Assembly (NCBI GenBank): GCA_002269645.1 | Contig: NIVC01000431.1 | Coordinates: 58,242 to 122,241, forward strand | Reading direction: 5' to 3' | Origin: Macrostomum lignano | Taxonomy: Eukaryota | DNA length: 64,000 nucleotides | In this document: one piece after another, positions 11,932 through 24,265 of the stretch | Layout of the letters: every line of letters starts with the position of its first letter | How positions within the stretch are numbered: position 1 is the stretch's first letter | Position numbers and translations under genes: made by a program | Notes under the pieces: generated by a model | What the model was told of the DNA's origin: nothing | Seen by the model: only the letters and a program-made list of their open reading frames with translations | The model's database searches: none

Positions 11932-13269
11932 TGTAAGGCTACAAAGCACAAAGACGAAATTCAGCTGTCTTCTTATTTTCGGTTTCTATTTTTTCTATTC
12001 GTTCTGTAACTATGCTATGCATGCATTTATATTGTTTTTGTCTAAATCTCAATCTGCTTATGGTACGTAGGCTCGCACTGGGTGGGTACAGCTCAAGATG
12101 CAAGGCTACTGTATACAAGAAACTGTACAGGAGGCTGTTCAGTAATAACTTCATAAATATAAGTACGAGTATACTTGAATAGATAACCATAGTGAGGCCT
12201 GGTTAGACAGAATGAAAAACGAATTAAATGACGAAAGAAAAAGCTTGAAATAGAAACTAGCAGAACTTTCTAGAAGCAGCGCAAGTACCTAGTACGACAC
12301 GTAATAAAAATAAAACTTGCGTCAGTGCAATAATTAGAAAAGCAGATTCGACTATCTATGTCTGCGAAGTTTAACATAGCATTTTAAATAGAAAATTGAG
12401 CCTCGGAGCAAAGAATTTAATCGTTAGTAAGGAAATAAAGCTATTACTTTGTAAAAACTTGCTTTTCATTTTCTATGGCCAAAATGGTTGCTTTTAATGG
12501 TCTTCAATTTCCTTCCCTGATTTCCTTCTCCGTCAGCAGTGACAAAGCTGGCGCTACTTTCCGAGTCACTCATTCTTGCTTATTATAACGGCTTTTAAAA
12601 TAAATACGCGAAATACCAGTAAGTGCCCCCAGGATTAAATTGAGTGGAACCAAACAGCATATTTGGCCATAGACATATCTCTAGTGACGGCGGAATGAAT
12701 TGGAGTTCTCTATTGCGGATTAAATTGAGTGATTCTAGGACCAAATTGACCGGGAGATGCTATAAATACTACGAATTTGTTTCCCGATCGATATTCAGAT
12801 TGATATTCGAAAATTAACAAAATCTCTGCTCTGCAAAAATATTTTAGAACGCCGTTTGACAGGAAAAAATGTGCAACTAAGAACACAGCAAAAATAAAGT
12901 TTCAGCTTGAGCCGTCACTCTCAATCTGGGGGGGGGGCAACCATCATGGGGAATAAGAATCAGAGGATGAAGAGATCAGAATCGGAATAGGCGTTGCAAC
13001 CAGCTCAATGACAAGGCTTGTGCAAAAGTGCCATTTTTTGTTCTCGCGCCCAGCCCAAACCTTCCAGTCTGCCCCTGCCCTCCAGTTTTCTCAAGCAGTG
13101 CGCACGCTGATCACGCCACCTCGCACCTCACCCTACCGTACCGCACATTCTTTCTTACCTTATTTAATATTCATGTACTCGTAGGCCAAATTAAAAACAT
13201 AATGAAGCTGCTGTCGAGTGGGCAGCCGCCGCTGCCTCCGTTGGCGGGAGCTCTGGCTGGGGACCTGGG

Positions 13270-13835
13270 GGTCGCAGCCACCCAATAGGTTAAGACGGCA
13301 TAGGCGTCGTTACCGTGAAAGGGGCACACAACAGCTTTATGAATTTTGGAGACTAAAAAGGAGTAGGTTTGAAGAATCGCCTCAAGATCACAAAAGCGAT
13401 CAAATGGGCGATACCGCTCTACATGCATGAATTCGAGAGCTGGACTCTGGGTATGAAAAGTATGGAAGACACTCAAAGCGTTTGAAATGACATGTTACAG
13501 AAGAATGCTAAGGATTTCATGAAAAAGATAAAAAGACAAATGCCTGGGCTTAGAGAAAAGTTAAGGAGGTATTGGGAAAGGAACCAGAATCTATGGAGAA
13601 ACCATGAAATATTACGAATTCAGCCGAGGAAGGGCCATGGCAACTGTCAGTATTCAAGAAATAAGTAGGAGGTGAAAAAAGAAGAGAAAGACCGAAAAGG
13701 CAGCGGGAAGATGACTTGAAAGAATGGACCGGATGGACAATGGAGAGGCAAAGGACAGGCAGTGGCGGAGGAGGCAGGTGCATGAGAGTGGTTGCGCCCG
13801 TACGGCCATGACGGCTACGGTAAAAGAAGAATAAA
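13270..13835 (+). mobile_element. Decayed 3' fragment of an RTE-clade LINE
   Basis: Broken frames give LKAFEMTCYRRMLRIS*(W)K and DDLKEWTG, typical of the RTE ORF C-terminus; ends in an aagaag-like tail. Confidence 0.65.
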
Positions 13836-14692
13836 AATACCATTTTAAGAATTAATGAGTGAAGTAAACAAAATGGATAGGCTGCTTAGGGCACTTATAT
13901 ACGAAGCCAAGTCTTACAGTGGGCGCAAATTAAATCTATGACAAAATGGCTTTCACTTCCGCATTAGATTTAAAGCATTACACTCCCACTGTCACTATAT
14001 CGATGGTAAAACGCATTTGAAGGACTCCTATTAAATTTCGGTGTAAAATGAAATCTGCATAATTCAGTTTGGCTGACGACCCAATTCAGCCAAATGCACA
14101 GGTTACCAGGAGCCAGAGCGTACCGAAGCGATGGTGAAACCAGCGCATTCTGTCGTTGCAATTACCAACTTCGATTGAATTTCGCCAGAAACATTTTTCG
14201 GTTTTTTTGCACCAGTGGAGATGAAAAAAAATTATTGCTGTGCGATTGACGATATTCACAGTGCAAATTGACGCTTCCATCATCATTTATTTAGTTTTTT
14301 TACTTTTATGTCTCTGCAGACAGTGCGATAAGACCGAATAACTGATAAACATTTATCAAGTAGATTAACACAAAGCAGCGACTTTTATTTGGTTGCTATA
14401 TATGGTATCTGTGCTAAAGATGGCAGAATAACAAGGCAGAGGCAGAGGTTTGCTCCTGGAATAGCTGTTATGCACCCGGATGTAGACACCAGTTGGTGTC
14501 TCTGCCGCTATGCCAACAGAGACATACAAAAGTATAGCTCTGTGACTATGCTGTAAGGAAATGGGGACCCTTGACTTCAGAAACTCTGCTGAAATGTCCA
14601 AAAAACAAATCTTACGTAAAAAGCAAAAAACTAAGAGTCGAGTAACTTGTGCTCAACTGGACATCTCAGCAGCATCAGCTCTGTTTCCACTT

Positions 14693-15530
14693 TTAGCCAC
14701 GAACAAAGAAGTCGCCGCTGCTGGTGCTGTTGAGGGCGGCCGGGACCGCAGCAAACTCCAGTAGGTGGCACAGGCGCTGCTGCAGGCTGAAGATCACCGC
14801 CTGACAACCGGCACTTTTGAGAACAAACCAGAGCACGCACTCTAGGAGATCCGGAGCGCTGACTGTCTCGAGGTTCAGCGCATCAAAGACGCTGATCTCG
14901 ACGAAGGTCCGGTTTCCAAGGACGAAGAGAATGTCCCCTGCAAGCCGGTAGCAGAATTCGACTCGTGTTGGAATTCAGTGGCAACAAAATGATTGTAAAA
15001 CTTGCTATTTACTCGTAAATGCGCAAATACGGCGATTATGAGCGTTTCTATAAAATCCAATAGCAACAGAACGAGGCGCTAAACACAGCTCACCGTTGGG
15101 TGCAGCTCATCTGAAGAACTCTGTTTCGGTAGTCGCCTCCGCAGTTCTGGCTAGAATTTCCACGACAAGCGTCTTTGCATTCCCAGTCAGGATCAGCGCC
15201 CTGCGACCCGTAGGAGTTGCCGCAGAAGCACCAGGACATTGCTTGCAGAGCCGCGTACTGGAAGCTGCCCAGAGCGCAGATGCTGTCGCACAGCTCGTGA
15301 GTCATCTGGTTGCTGAAGAGAGAAGTCAAGACACCTACGCCATATTGTATTACGCTGGAGCTGCCAATCCGTGACAGACCGAGGTGCTTCATGCCTGACA
15401 TTTCTCTCTTGCCATTCGCGAAGTCAACGAAGCTGCCGAGGTCCGAGGTCTGGAACTGGCGGCAGAGAGCGGCGCAGATCAGGCAGCTCAGGATTGGAGC
15501 GGTGCACAGGAAAATCTTGCAGAGTAGCAT
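14693..15530 (-). pseudogene. WSC-PAN gene copy 1 (WSC exon 15530-15094, PAN exon 14937-14693); exons out of phase
   Basis: Signal peptide plus WSC motif MTHELC..IC...CFCGN...C...C.GN..QNCGG.YRNRV. The GTGAG donor is phase 2 but the PAN exon needs phase 1. Cys lost in LGSF and in LECVLWF. May instead encode a WSC-only protein (stop at 15090). Confidence 0.65.
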
Positions 15531-15622
15531 AGCTGGGCTGGGTTCGTCAGTTTGGAATTTTATCAAGGCATTTCCAAACCTCTGTGAGGAAAGGCTAAAT
15601 AACTGCTGTTTTGCCGATTCGA

Positions 15623-15636
15623 ATTGTTATGGAGAT
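15623..15636. promoter_or_regulatory. X-box-like (RFX) motif, 1 mismatch, upstream of WSC-PAN copy 1
   Basis: ATTGTTATGGAGAT versus consensus RTHNYYWTRRNRAC; same position relative to CTAAATAA as in copies 2 and 3. Confidence 0.4.
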
Positions 15637-16024
15637 TCTTAACAGGCAGCCACTTGTCTATCGGCAGTGCTAATTAAGAGCTGTCTGGCTTTTATTGAAA
15701 TCCATTAGCTGGATGTATTAACTCGTGGAAATCCATTAAAATAAACACATTTTTTGTTGGTTTTTACCCGTAAAAGCTTGCAGCTCAGGTTTTTTCACTT
15801 TCTGCGCATTTTGAGATGAACCATTGAGCCGATTGCCAGCGATGAAAACACTTACCGGAAAGGCTGTAGCTCTTTCGGCAGGTGGAGTGACGGGGAAATA
15901 AACACCGCGGCAGGTGGCCTGACTAGGATGGATCTTTCAGAGCCCCTATTCTATGGAAAATTTCTCCTATTCAAGTGATGCTTCTCTCACCACTTTCACG
16001 CATCACGCTTCACACAAGGTTAAT

Positions 16025-16175
16025 AGCTGCTGACATGCACTGACACAACCGCACACTGCATGTGACATTCACTGACACAATCACACACTGCATGTGACAG
16101 GCGCTGACACAATCACACACTGCATGTGACAGGCGCTGACACAATCACACACTGCATGGGACAGGCGCTGACACA
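16025..16175. repeat. ~32-bp minisatellite (~4-5 units)
   Basis: Unit ctgacacaatcacacactgcatgtgacaggcg. Confidence 0.85.
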
Positions 16176-16906
16176 CTTGCTTTGGTCAGTTTGGAAATTT
16201 CGACCTTTATAGACACATGCCAGATTCTTTATTAGTCAAATCTTATTTAACGATTTCTCCCTCTCTCTCCTATACTGTATTTTTAATGCTTTTTAGTATT
16301 CAGCTAAATGGATTCAATAATTGTATTCGAAGAGATATTAGTCAGCCGCTCACTCCGAATGTGTTTAATTTACGGTTACCCGACGCAATCCACAGTCACC
16401 TGCTTTATTGAAGTTAAACACACCCGCTTTACAGCACGTAGCTCGTAAAAATTCTATTTACTCGTACATATACATGTAGATTCGACGTTGCAACAATAAC
16501 AAGAATTCGGCCAAATCCTTATACCTTTACGATGAAGAGGTGAAAAAGACAAAGCCAATGGAAATTATACCGCTAGCAAAAGACCCTAAAATGGCAGCAA
16601 GGCGTGAAGCCTTTACTTCTGAAATCGCATAGAATTAAAGTCTTTGATGCGACTACAAGCGTGAAGTAACAGTGCAAGTACTTGATCCTTTACCAGGTCA
16701 TTTCTACATCGGTACAATCAATAATAGAGGAGTGTACTCCTAATCGTACTACTTGGTGCTGCTCAAGAGAGAGCAGAAGAAAAAGGAAAGATGTACGAGC
16801 TACACACACAAACAAACAAGGCGGAATTTCATTTTACAGAAAATTAAGACAAAGACTTGGATCAATTTAATACGAAAAAACTACTCTTAGTACAGCACAG
16901 CCTTTG

Positions 16907-19900
16907 TCAACCGCGGACAAAGAAGTCGCCGCTGCTGGCGCTGCTGAGGGCGGCCGGCACTGCAGCATACTCCAGCAGGTGGCACAGGCGCTGCTGCTGG
17001 CTGAAGATCACCGCCTGGCAACTGGAGTGGCACAGCAGAACGCACGCAAGGGGCTCAGCAGCGGTGACGGTTCTGAAGGCGGGCGCATCCTGAGCGCTGA
17101 CTTCGACGAAGGTCTGGTTTCCAAGGACGAACAGGTTCTGGTCTGCATGGAATTTCGAAACAGAATGGCCTAAATTATTCAGAAAAGCGACAACGGAGAA
17201 ACCTAAAAGACGCCAGAAAGGAGTGACTGAGAAGAAGCTGAATGGAGTACCCAGAAGAGCCAGATCGGAATGCCGAAGAATAGAGTGGTTCAGAAGATGC
17301 TGAATGTGGTGAATATATCATAGCGCCGAAAATACTATTGAAGTGACGGTTGATTGGGTTGTGAGCTGGGTAACTGTGGGGGGCTTGTTCATTTAACTTA
17401 GCTTTGTCACCTTGTTTCTAGCTTGCGATCTGCGTGTACTCAGTAAATCATTGTGTACTCTATGCGTACTCTACTCTGTTCCACGTGCATCTTTGCGCTA
17501 GCCATTGCCTCGCCCCTTAAGTCTCTCCCATTTTGTACTCTCTCCACTCACAGTGTCAGTGCATCAGTGAAATCCAATATTTACATTATTTAAGCTATTT
17601 CTCTCGGTCTTTAACTCGTCAAGTTACTTTGGCTATTCTACAAATATATCGCAAGCATTCACATTTGTTATTAAGCAACAATCAGCTCCTGACTTTCGCG
17701 TCATGTCAATGGCGTCGCAAGCAGGCGAAATTCGGAGTCACAAACTCAACCTCAACGATCCTGAACTCGCTGAGGCATGGATGCAGCAGCTCTCAGCCAC
17801 GGCCCGCATTAAGAAACTTACGGACACGGACGAAGCGCGGGATAAGACTGACTTGTTCCTGTCCAAGGCTGGACTACAGGCGATCCGGACGCTCTCTCTG
17901 ATGGCTGCACCAAAAAAGCTGGAGGCACTCAAATTTAGCGAAATCGAGACACTAGTTACAGCAACAATCCGGCCTAAGAAGAGGCTGGTCATCGCTGAAC
18001 GCACCAGATTTCTAATCCTCAAACAAGAGCCAGGTGAATCGATCAGCACTTACTACCGTCGGCTTCGAGCAGCGGCGGCGCTCTGCGAATTCGAGGAACT
18101 TGGGGCCAAGCAGTCCAAGGAAAACGACCTCATCGCAATGAGGCTAATCGACGGCCTTGCCTCTGCCGAACACAAGAAGAGGATTTTGGAGCAGCTTCAA
18201 GGCGAAGAAAAACTTCTTGACGATATCCTGCAAAACCTGCAGCAGCTCGAGCAAATCCAACAGTACAATAAAGGCACGACCAACACCGCTTCATCAGGCG
18301 CGCCCGTTCCCCTCGAGATCGCTTTTGCAGGTCAACCAAGAACGGCCGGTGCGCCAGCCAAGTCCTCAGGAGCGGCCGGTAAAGGCAGGTGCTATTACTG
18401 CGGTACAACTCACCCCAAAGGCAGTTGCCCGGCTTTCGGTCAGAGGTGCACCAAGTGCAAACGAAAGAATCATTTTGCGGCGGTCTGCAGATCCAGAGAA
18501 GTGCACTTGACCCAAGAAGAATCAACAAGCGATCGTGAGAATCAAGACCAAGAGCCAGCCGACATTTTCGTGGTCGCTCCAGGGCGTAGCAACGGACTCT
18601 TTCACGAAGCGAAGATCAATGGTCGGACCCTGCCCATGCAGATTGACACAGGGGCCGAGGTGAGTCTACTTCCGCAAAATCTGTGGGTCAAGCTCGGCCG
18701 CCCTTCTTTCAAAAGGTGCAGGCGAACACTCAGGCAGTACGACGGATCCAGCATTTCCTGTCTAGGAGAATTCACTGCTTCCCTAGAAACTGACACCAAC
18801 TTTGTCACACTGGACCTAATCGTCACGGAGGCCAGCAAGCCACATGGACTGCTGGGAATGGACGTCATCAAGCTGCAAGGGGACGCTATTACAATCAACG
18901 CTGTCGGCCAGCTAGGATGTCTCAAAAACTTCAAAGCCAAGATTCGCCTTGTTGACGGAGCAAAACCGTTTTACTGCGCAGCTAGGCCCGTTCCCATTCA
19001 CCTGCGAGACCGGGTTAACGAGGAACTCAAGCGAATGGAGGCTGAACCTGTTCCAGCCGGAGGGAGTCAGTGAGCCTCACCAATTGTCAGTGTTCTAAAA
19101 CCTAACGGAAAGGTGCGCGTCTGTGCTGACTTCAAAGAGGAGCTAATCGTCAGGTGTGCAATGATACGTAACCAATGCCTGAGATGGAGACAATCTTTGC
19201 GGAGACCTCTGGAATGTCGCACTTCTCCAAAATCGACCTCTCGGATGCATATTTGCAGATAGAGCTTGACGAAGACAGCAGAGAAATCACCACCATCGCC
19301 ACACCTTTGGGCCTCTATCGCTATAAGCGTCTCGTTCCAGGCCTCAAATCTGCATCATCTATCTTTCAAAAGGCAATGGAATCTGTCCTTACTGACATCA
19401 CCGGCAAATAGTTTATCAGGACGACATTCTTCTAGGCGGAAAATCTGACTCAGAGATCGACTCAAAAGTCAAAAACGTCATAGCTACCCTAAAGAAGGCA
19501 GGAATGTCAATCAACTTGGAAAAATCAACCCTCAAGGCTATGGAGGTCTCATTTCTCGGGTACAGAGTCAGCGAGAGAGGAATTTCTCCTGATCCAAATC
19601 TAGTCGATCGGATCCGCGCCGTCAAGACTCCGGAAGACAAGAAGCAACTAGAATATTTTCTTGGTCTTGCCAACTTCTTTGGCAGATTCGTTCGCAACTA
19701 CTCACAGATCATCGAGCCACTCAACCGGTTACGAACCAAGAACGCAAGGTTCAGTTGGGGACCCGATCAGACTCAGGCCTTCGAGCGAATCAAAGCCATT
19801 CTTAGCAGTGCGCCAGTCCTACAGCCCTACGACAAGACTAAGGAGACGACTCTTACCACAGATGCCAGTGAGAGGGCCATCGCCGCTGTGCTCACCCAAA

Positions 19901-22641
19901 ACGGCCACCCGGTTATATACCTTAGCAGACGGTTGAGCAGCACGGAGTCGCGCTATTCGAATATCGAAAGAGCGGCCCTCGCCATCGTTTGGGCGATGGA
20001 ACGCGCCAAGCAATTCCTTCTCGGTGCCCGATTCACTCTACGGACAGATCATCGGCCTCTAGAGTTTCTCTTCGGAGCGCGGCGGAAACTTCCAAAGGTG
20101 GCGAACGCTCGGCTACTTCGCTGGGCGATCAAGCTAATGGCCTTCGATTTTGACACGATCTACACAAAAGGCGAGCACATTCCGCACGCTGATGCCCTCT
20201 CTCGCCTTGACTGCAACGGTGAACTATCCGAATCAGAACCTGCTGCCTTGGAAGGTCTGGTTCATTGAGCAGGCGGCCCGGTGATTCCATGGGAGGAGCT
20301 GCAAGCGGAGACCCAGCGCGATCGTCTACTCCAAGATATTGCTGAGCGAGTCGCATCAAGCAGATGGTCAGGATGCTCCCCAGCTGAGAGGCCGTACAAG
20401 TCAGTTCGCCATGCCTTAGTGATAGACGACGGCATTCTCTGCTACGGTGATCGACCGGTGATTCCTGCGACACTCAGGCAGCGCGTCCTGGATCAGGTAC
20501 ACAGTGTCTCGCATCAGGGAACCATGGCAACTTGCGCACTCATTCACAACTCGGCCTGGTGGCCAGGATATTGCACGGACGTGGAGCGGCACGTACGCAA
20601 CTGCCCCACCTGCACGCGAATTCGGCCCTCTGGCACACCTACGGTACATCAGTGGCCAAAGGAAGACGAGCCGTGGCATCGCGTGCATATGGACCACGCC
20701 ACAATCCCGAAGGTTGGACTGGTGCTCATTCTAGTCGATGCTATGTCAGGATAACCTGAGGTCCTGAGAGTGCCAAACCGCGATGCTGCGACTGTTAAAG
20801 CCGCTCTTCAGTCAGTGTTTGCTAGAAACGGTGTCCCGCACGTCCCGGTTAGTGATAATGCCGCTGAGTATCACGACGCTGGACTGCTGTCCTGGCTTGA
20901 GCGAATCGGCTGTCGAGTCCTCAAAACTCCTCCACGGCATCCGCAATCAAACGGACTTGAGGAACGGATGGTCGGCTCGATCAAGAGGGCTTCGGCAGCC
21001 TAGGACTAAGCGTCGGAGCCGTACAACTCATTCCTGTTCAGACTCTTACTCAATTAAAGGCGCATTCCGCACGCCGGTCGGGCCCAGAGTCCAGCACAGC
21101 TCATGGGACGGCAGCTTCGCAATCCTATCACAATGAAGACGCCAATTAGAGCCAACGTCTGGTACGCACCGGGCGCAGGGCTGGAGCGCGAGGCGGCCGA
21201 GTTTCTATGTCAGAAAGGGACGAACACGGCCATCATCGCCCGCCAAGGCGGTCGCACCGTCCTGGCGCATGCAGACCAGCTGAGTGAACGCATCGAGGCC
21301 GGAGCCGATGATCCGGCAACCTCCCGCGCCACGGACGAGGATGCGCTGCTGTCAAGGCCGCAGACCAGCTGCCAAGATGCCAAGAGCAGTGGTGGCAGCG
21401 ACGCCGCTACTGCATCTGCTGAAGATAGCAAAGCTATCGGACTGCAGGGCGGGGAGCCAACAAGGTTGCATCGGCCCGAGCCGATGGCTGAAAGCACCGC
21501 CGGCCCCTCGACGGTGAAGCTGCCTCGCTATCCGATTCGTTCGACAAGGGGCCTGCCACCAGCTCGATTCGAAGGGGGGGAGATGAAGTGACGGTTGTTT
21601 GGTTTGTGAGCTGGGTAACTGTGGGGGGCTTGTTTATTTAACTTCGCTTTGTCACCTTGTTTCTAGCTTGCGATCTGCGTGTACTCAGTAAATCATTGTG
21701 TACTCTATGCGTACTCTAGTCTGTTCCACGTGCATCTTTGCGCTAGCCATTGCCTCGCCCCTTAAGTCTCTCCCATTTTGTACTCTCTCCACTCACAGTG
21801 TCAGTGCATCAGTGAAATCCAATATTTACAATATTTAAGCTATTTCTCTCAGTCTTTAACTCGTCAAGTTACTTTGGCTATTCTACAAATATATCGCAAG
21901 CATTCACATTCGTTATTAAACAACAATCAGCTCCTGACTTTCGCGTCACGTCAACTATTACCATTCCAAATGTTTTTATTTTATGATCTCGTGCTTAGTT
22001 TATCGCTTGGTCTTGTGATAGGTATTACTACGGTATAATTTGGTTTTCGGCGCTATTCCGGGTCTGTGATACCCATCTAGAGAAGACAGAACGGAGTGAT
22101 GCAGAAGAGCAAGAATAGAGTGACCCAGTGCCACAAATACAGTAACTTTTCTGACTCAAAAATTGCAGCACTTACTCATGCAGGCGGTATCGGGCACCAC
22201 GGCGCTGAACATCAGCTCAAACACTCGGTTTCGATAGGAGCCACCGCAGTTCTGGTTCGAGTTTCCACTGCAGGCGTCATGGCATTCCGAGTCAGGAGCC
22301 GCGCCCTGCGAACCGTACGAGTTGTCGCAGAAACAGAAGCCTTTGGCTTGAAGACCCATGAACTGGAAACCGCCCAGAGCGCAGACGCTGCCACACAGCT
22401 CGTGAGTCATGTGGTGGCTGTGCACATAAGCGGCAGAAGCTTCTTCATGCTGTGTTACACCGGAGCTGCCAACCCGTGTCAGCCCGAGCTGCGGCATGCC
22501 GGTCATTTCTCTCTTGCTACTCGCATAGTCAATAAAGCAGCCGAGGTTTGCGATCCCGAACTGGCGACAGAGAGCGGCGCAGATCAGGCAGCTCAGGATC
22601 GGAGCAGCGCAGAAGAGAATCCTGCAGAAAAGCATTGCCAT
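16907..22641 (-). CDS. Secreted WSC + PAN/apple-like protein copy 2 (~233 aa); exons 22641-22176 and 17142-16907
   Basis: Signal peptide, LGCF.D WSC start, full WSC Cys set; ATGA|GTAAGT donor and CATGCAG|AC acceptor are both phase 1; PAN-like CVLLC..CQAVIF......CHLL; no stops. The intron contains the LTR element. Confidence 0.8.
17339..17708 (+). repeat. 5' LTR
   Basis: Starts TGAAGTGACGG, ends CGTCATGTCA; direct repeat of 21584-21953. Confidence 0.95.
17703..19073 (+). CDS. gag: Gag-protease (start of gag-pol), ended by a premature TGA at a conserved Trp
   Basis: Mag-type zinc knuckles CYYCGTTH...CPAFGQRCTKCKRKNHFAAVC; aspartic protease IDTGAEVSLL. Confidence 0.9.
   Translation: MSMASQAGEIRSHKLNLNDPELAEAWMQQLSATARIKKLTDTDEARDKTDLFLSKAGLQAIRTLSLMAAPKKLEALKFSEIETLVTATIRPKKRLVIAERTRFLILKQEPGESISTYYRRLRAAAALCEFEELGAKQSKENDLIAMRLIDGLASAEHKKRILEQLQGEEKLLDDILQNLQQLEQIQQYNKGTTNTASSGAPVPLEIAFAGQPRTAGAPAKSSGAAGKGRCYYCGTTHPKGSCPAFGQRCTKCKRKNHFAAVCRSREVHLTQEESTSDRENQDQEPADIFVVAPGRSNGLFHEAKINGRTLPMQIDTGAEVSLLPQNLWVKLGRPSFKRCRRTLRQYDGSSISCLGEFTASLETDTNFVTLDLIVTEASKPHGLLGMDVIKLQGDAITINAVGQLGCLKNFKAKIRLVDGAKPFYCAARPVPIHLRDRVNEELKRMEAEPVPAGGSQ
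19074..21200 (+). pseudogene. pol: Disrupted pol (RT, RNase H, integrase)
   Basis: ASPIV.V.KPNGKVRVCADFK; SKIDLSDAYLQ; frameshifted YQDD; TDASERAIAAVL; LRTDHRPL; H..H..CPTC; VHMD; VSDN; SNGLEERMV; several stops and frameshifts. Confidence 0.9.
21584..21953 (+). repeat. 3' LTR
   Basis: Follows PPT GAAGGGGGGGAGA; followed by TSD ACTAT. Confidence 0.95.
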
Positions 22642-22740
22642 TAATGGTTTTTTGACTGGATTTTAGAGATAATTTTGTATAGGCAGACTGCCTCAGCTCT
22701 GTGCAAAAGAGAGCTAAATAATCAGCGTCCCTATTGATTT

Positions 22741-22754
22741 GTCGTCATGGAGAC
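22741..22754. promoter_or_regulatory. X-box (RFX) motif upstream of WSC-PAN copy 2
   Basis: GTCGTCATGGAGAC matches RTHNYYWTRRNRAC; ~100 nt upstream of the ATG. Confidence 0.55.
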
Positions 22755-24265
22755 ACGCCTCTTAAAGCTGGCTTCCGCTGCTTTGCGGATTGTGACTGTG
22801 GGTCTAACTGAAATCCATTAGCTCGATTTACTAAGTGTCTAGCCCATTTATCGAAATCTGAATTCAATTAAAAAAAGAGTAGACCGAATGAATTGAGTGT
22901 ACGGGAGTACATTCACTCAAGAGCTTCAGCTGAGACTCGGAGAGTGAGGCGTTGGTATGAATTAAAATGATTGGTTCACGCTTACGGCTCAAGGTTTTAG
23001 TAGGGGTTGCATGCGCTAATTGAGACGGTAGAATAAATGGAATAATGTTAAATTCTTTTTTTGCTCGTACAATACAAATGGACTCTATGCTGGAGTTTTG
23101 CAATTTTACTGGACATCACAGTCACACTACAGGCTTGCTAAATTCATTTGAATTAGAACAATTACTAGCTTTGGGAAATTGACTCAACTTTATTCGCGCC
23201 ACAGTTTGGCCCACCTTTCTCCATCGGACTGGATTAGACGCTAAAATTAGCTAAACAGATTAGATAAATGCAGACTTGCCCTTTTGATACGCTTTTGAAG
23301 CAGATGGGTGCGTAACACTAGGAATTTAAGAGCCGCAGATGTACGCGGCTGATTTCGGCTCGCTCAAGGCCAACTTCATGTAGCAACCGGAACGCAAGTT
23401 TTACGCAGACTTTTTATGCTGCTGCAGTCAGTACCACGTACACTCTTACCGGTAAGCTTCTTCCACCACTCTTCAGAATGAGTGCTGGTTGTTGGTGTCT
23501 GAGAGGTTGGATGGTTGGCAGGTGTTGAATGAGATGGTGCAATGGACGCGGCGATGGATGTCTCGTGCCGCTCGTTCACACCGCCATTAAACAAGACTAA
23601 ACTTCATGTAATCAAATGAGTTGTACATCAAATTAAAATTGTGTACGTCGGTCGTTTGATTTGAGGGCTCATTTGATTGTGGTGTGAATAAGACTTAAAA
23701 GGAACTGTTGCAACTGAGCGAGTAACTGAGCAGGGTGCTACCCAGCTACTCGCAGAGATAGCTGCTATCTCTAGACCACAATGGTTGTACCTACCTTTCA
23801 GCAGACCAGAGAGAGTCTCTAGAGATTCTACAAAACGACTGATGCCTCAGAATATACACACAATGTGCGATCGGCTTCTGCGAGTGAAACAAAATCACAG
23901 AGAGCCCAATCAAATTCTGGCTAAAAAAACCATAGAAAGAAGGAAGTCTCTTGAACTACTTCAGTTGCATATGAAATAACTTAAAGTCAATTTTACATCC
24001 GCAATTGATGTTTCTTGGAATGAAGCAGCAAAAGAGAAAAAATTGCAAATATTTTTTGGGTGTCGTTCTTTATTTAACATATAAAAAACTTACGACAGAA
24101 ATCAAGACACAAAAACAGACAAGAGCTTATAAAAACTAGCAAATAAACTTTGTTTTAGAAAATAGGCAGAATTGCTTGGAATTTCGGCCGAGAGTTATTA
24201 TACTTAAAGTAGTAAGAAACGAGTTTCGAGTTCATATACCGAGTTCGATTCAGATTCAAATTTCA

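Larger units (their letters stand above)
17339..21953 (+). mobile_element. Full-length decayed Ty3/Gypsy (Mag-like) LTR retrotransposon
   Basis: Two 370-bp TG...CA LTRs (about 10 differences counted by eye); 5-bp TSD ACTAT; PBS TGGCGTCGCAAGCAGG at 17710; PPT before 21584; order gag-PR-RT-RH-IN. Confidence 0.95.

Noticed and set aside
13915-13935. TA-CAGTGGGCGCAAAT Tc1/mariner-like TIR
   Set aside because: No matching inverted copy found in the window.
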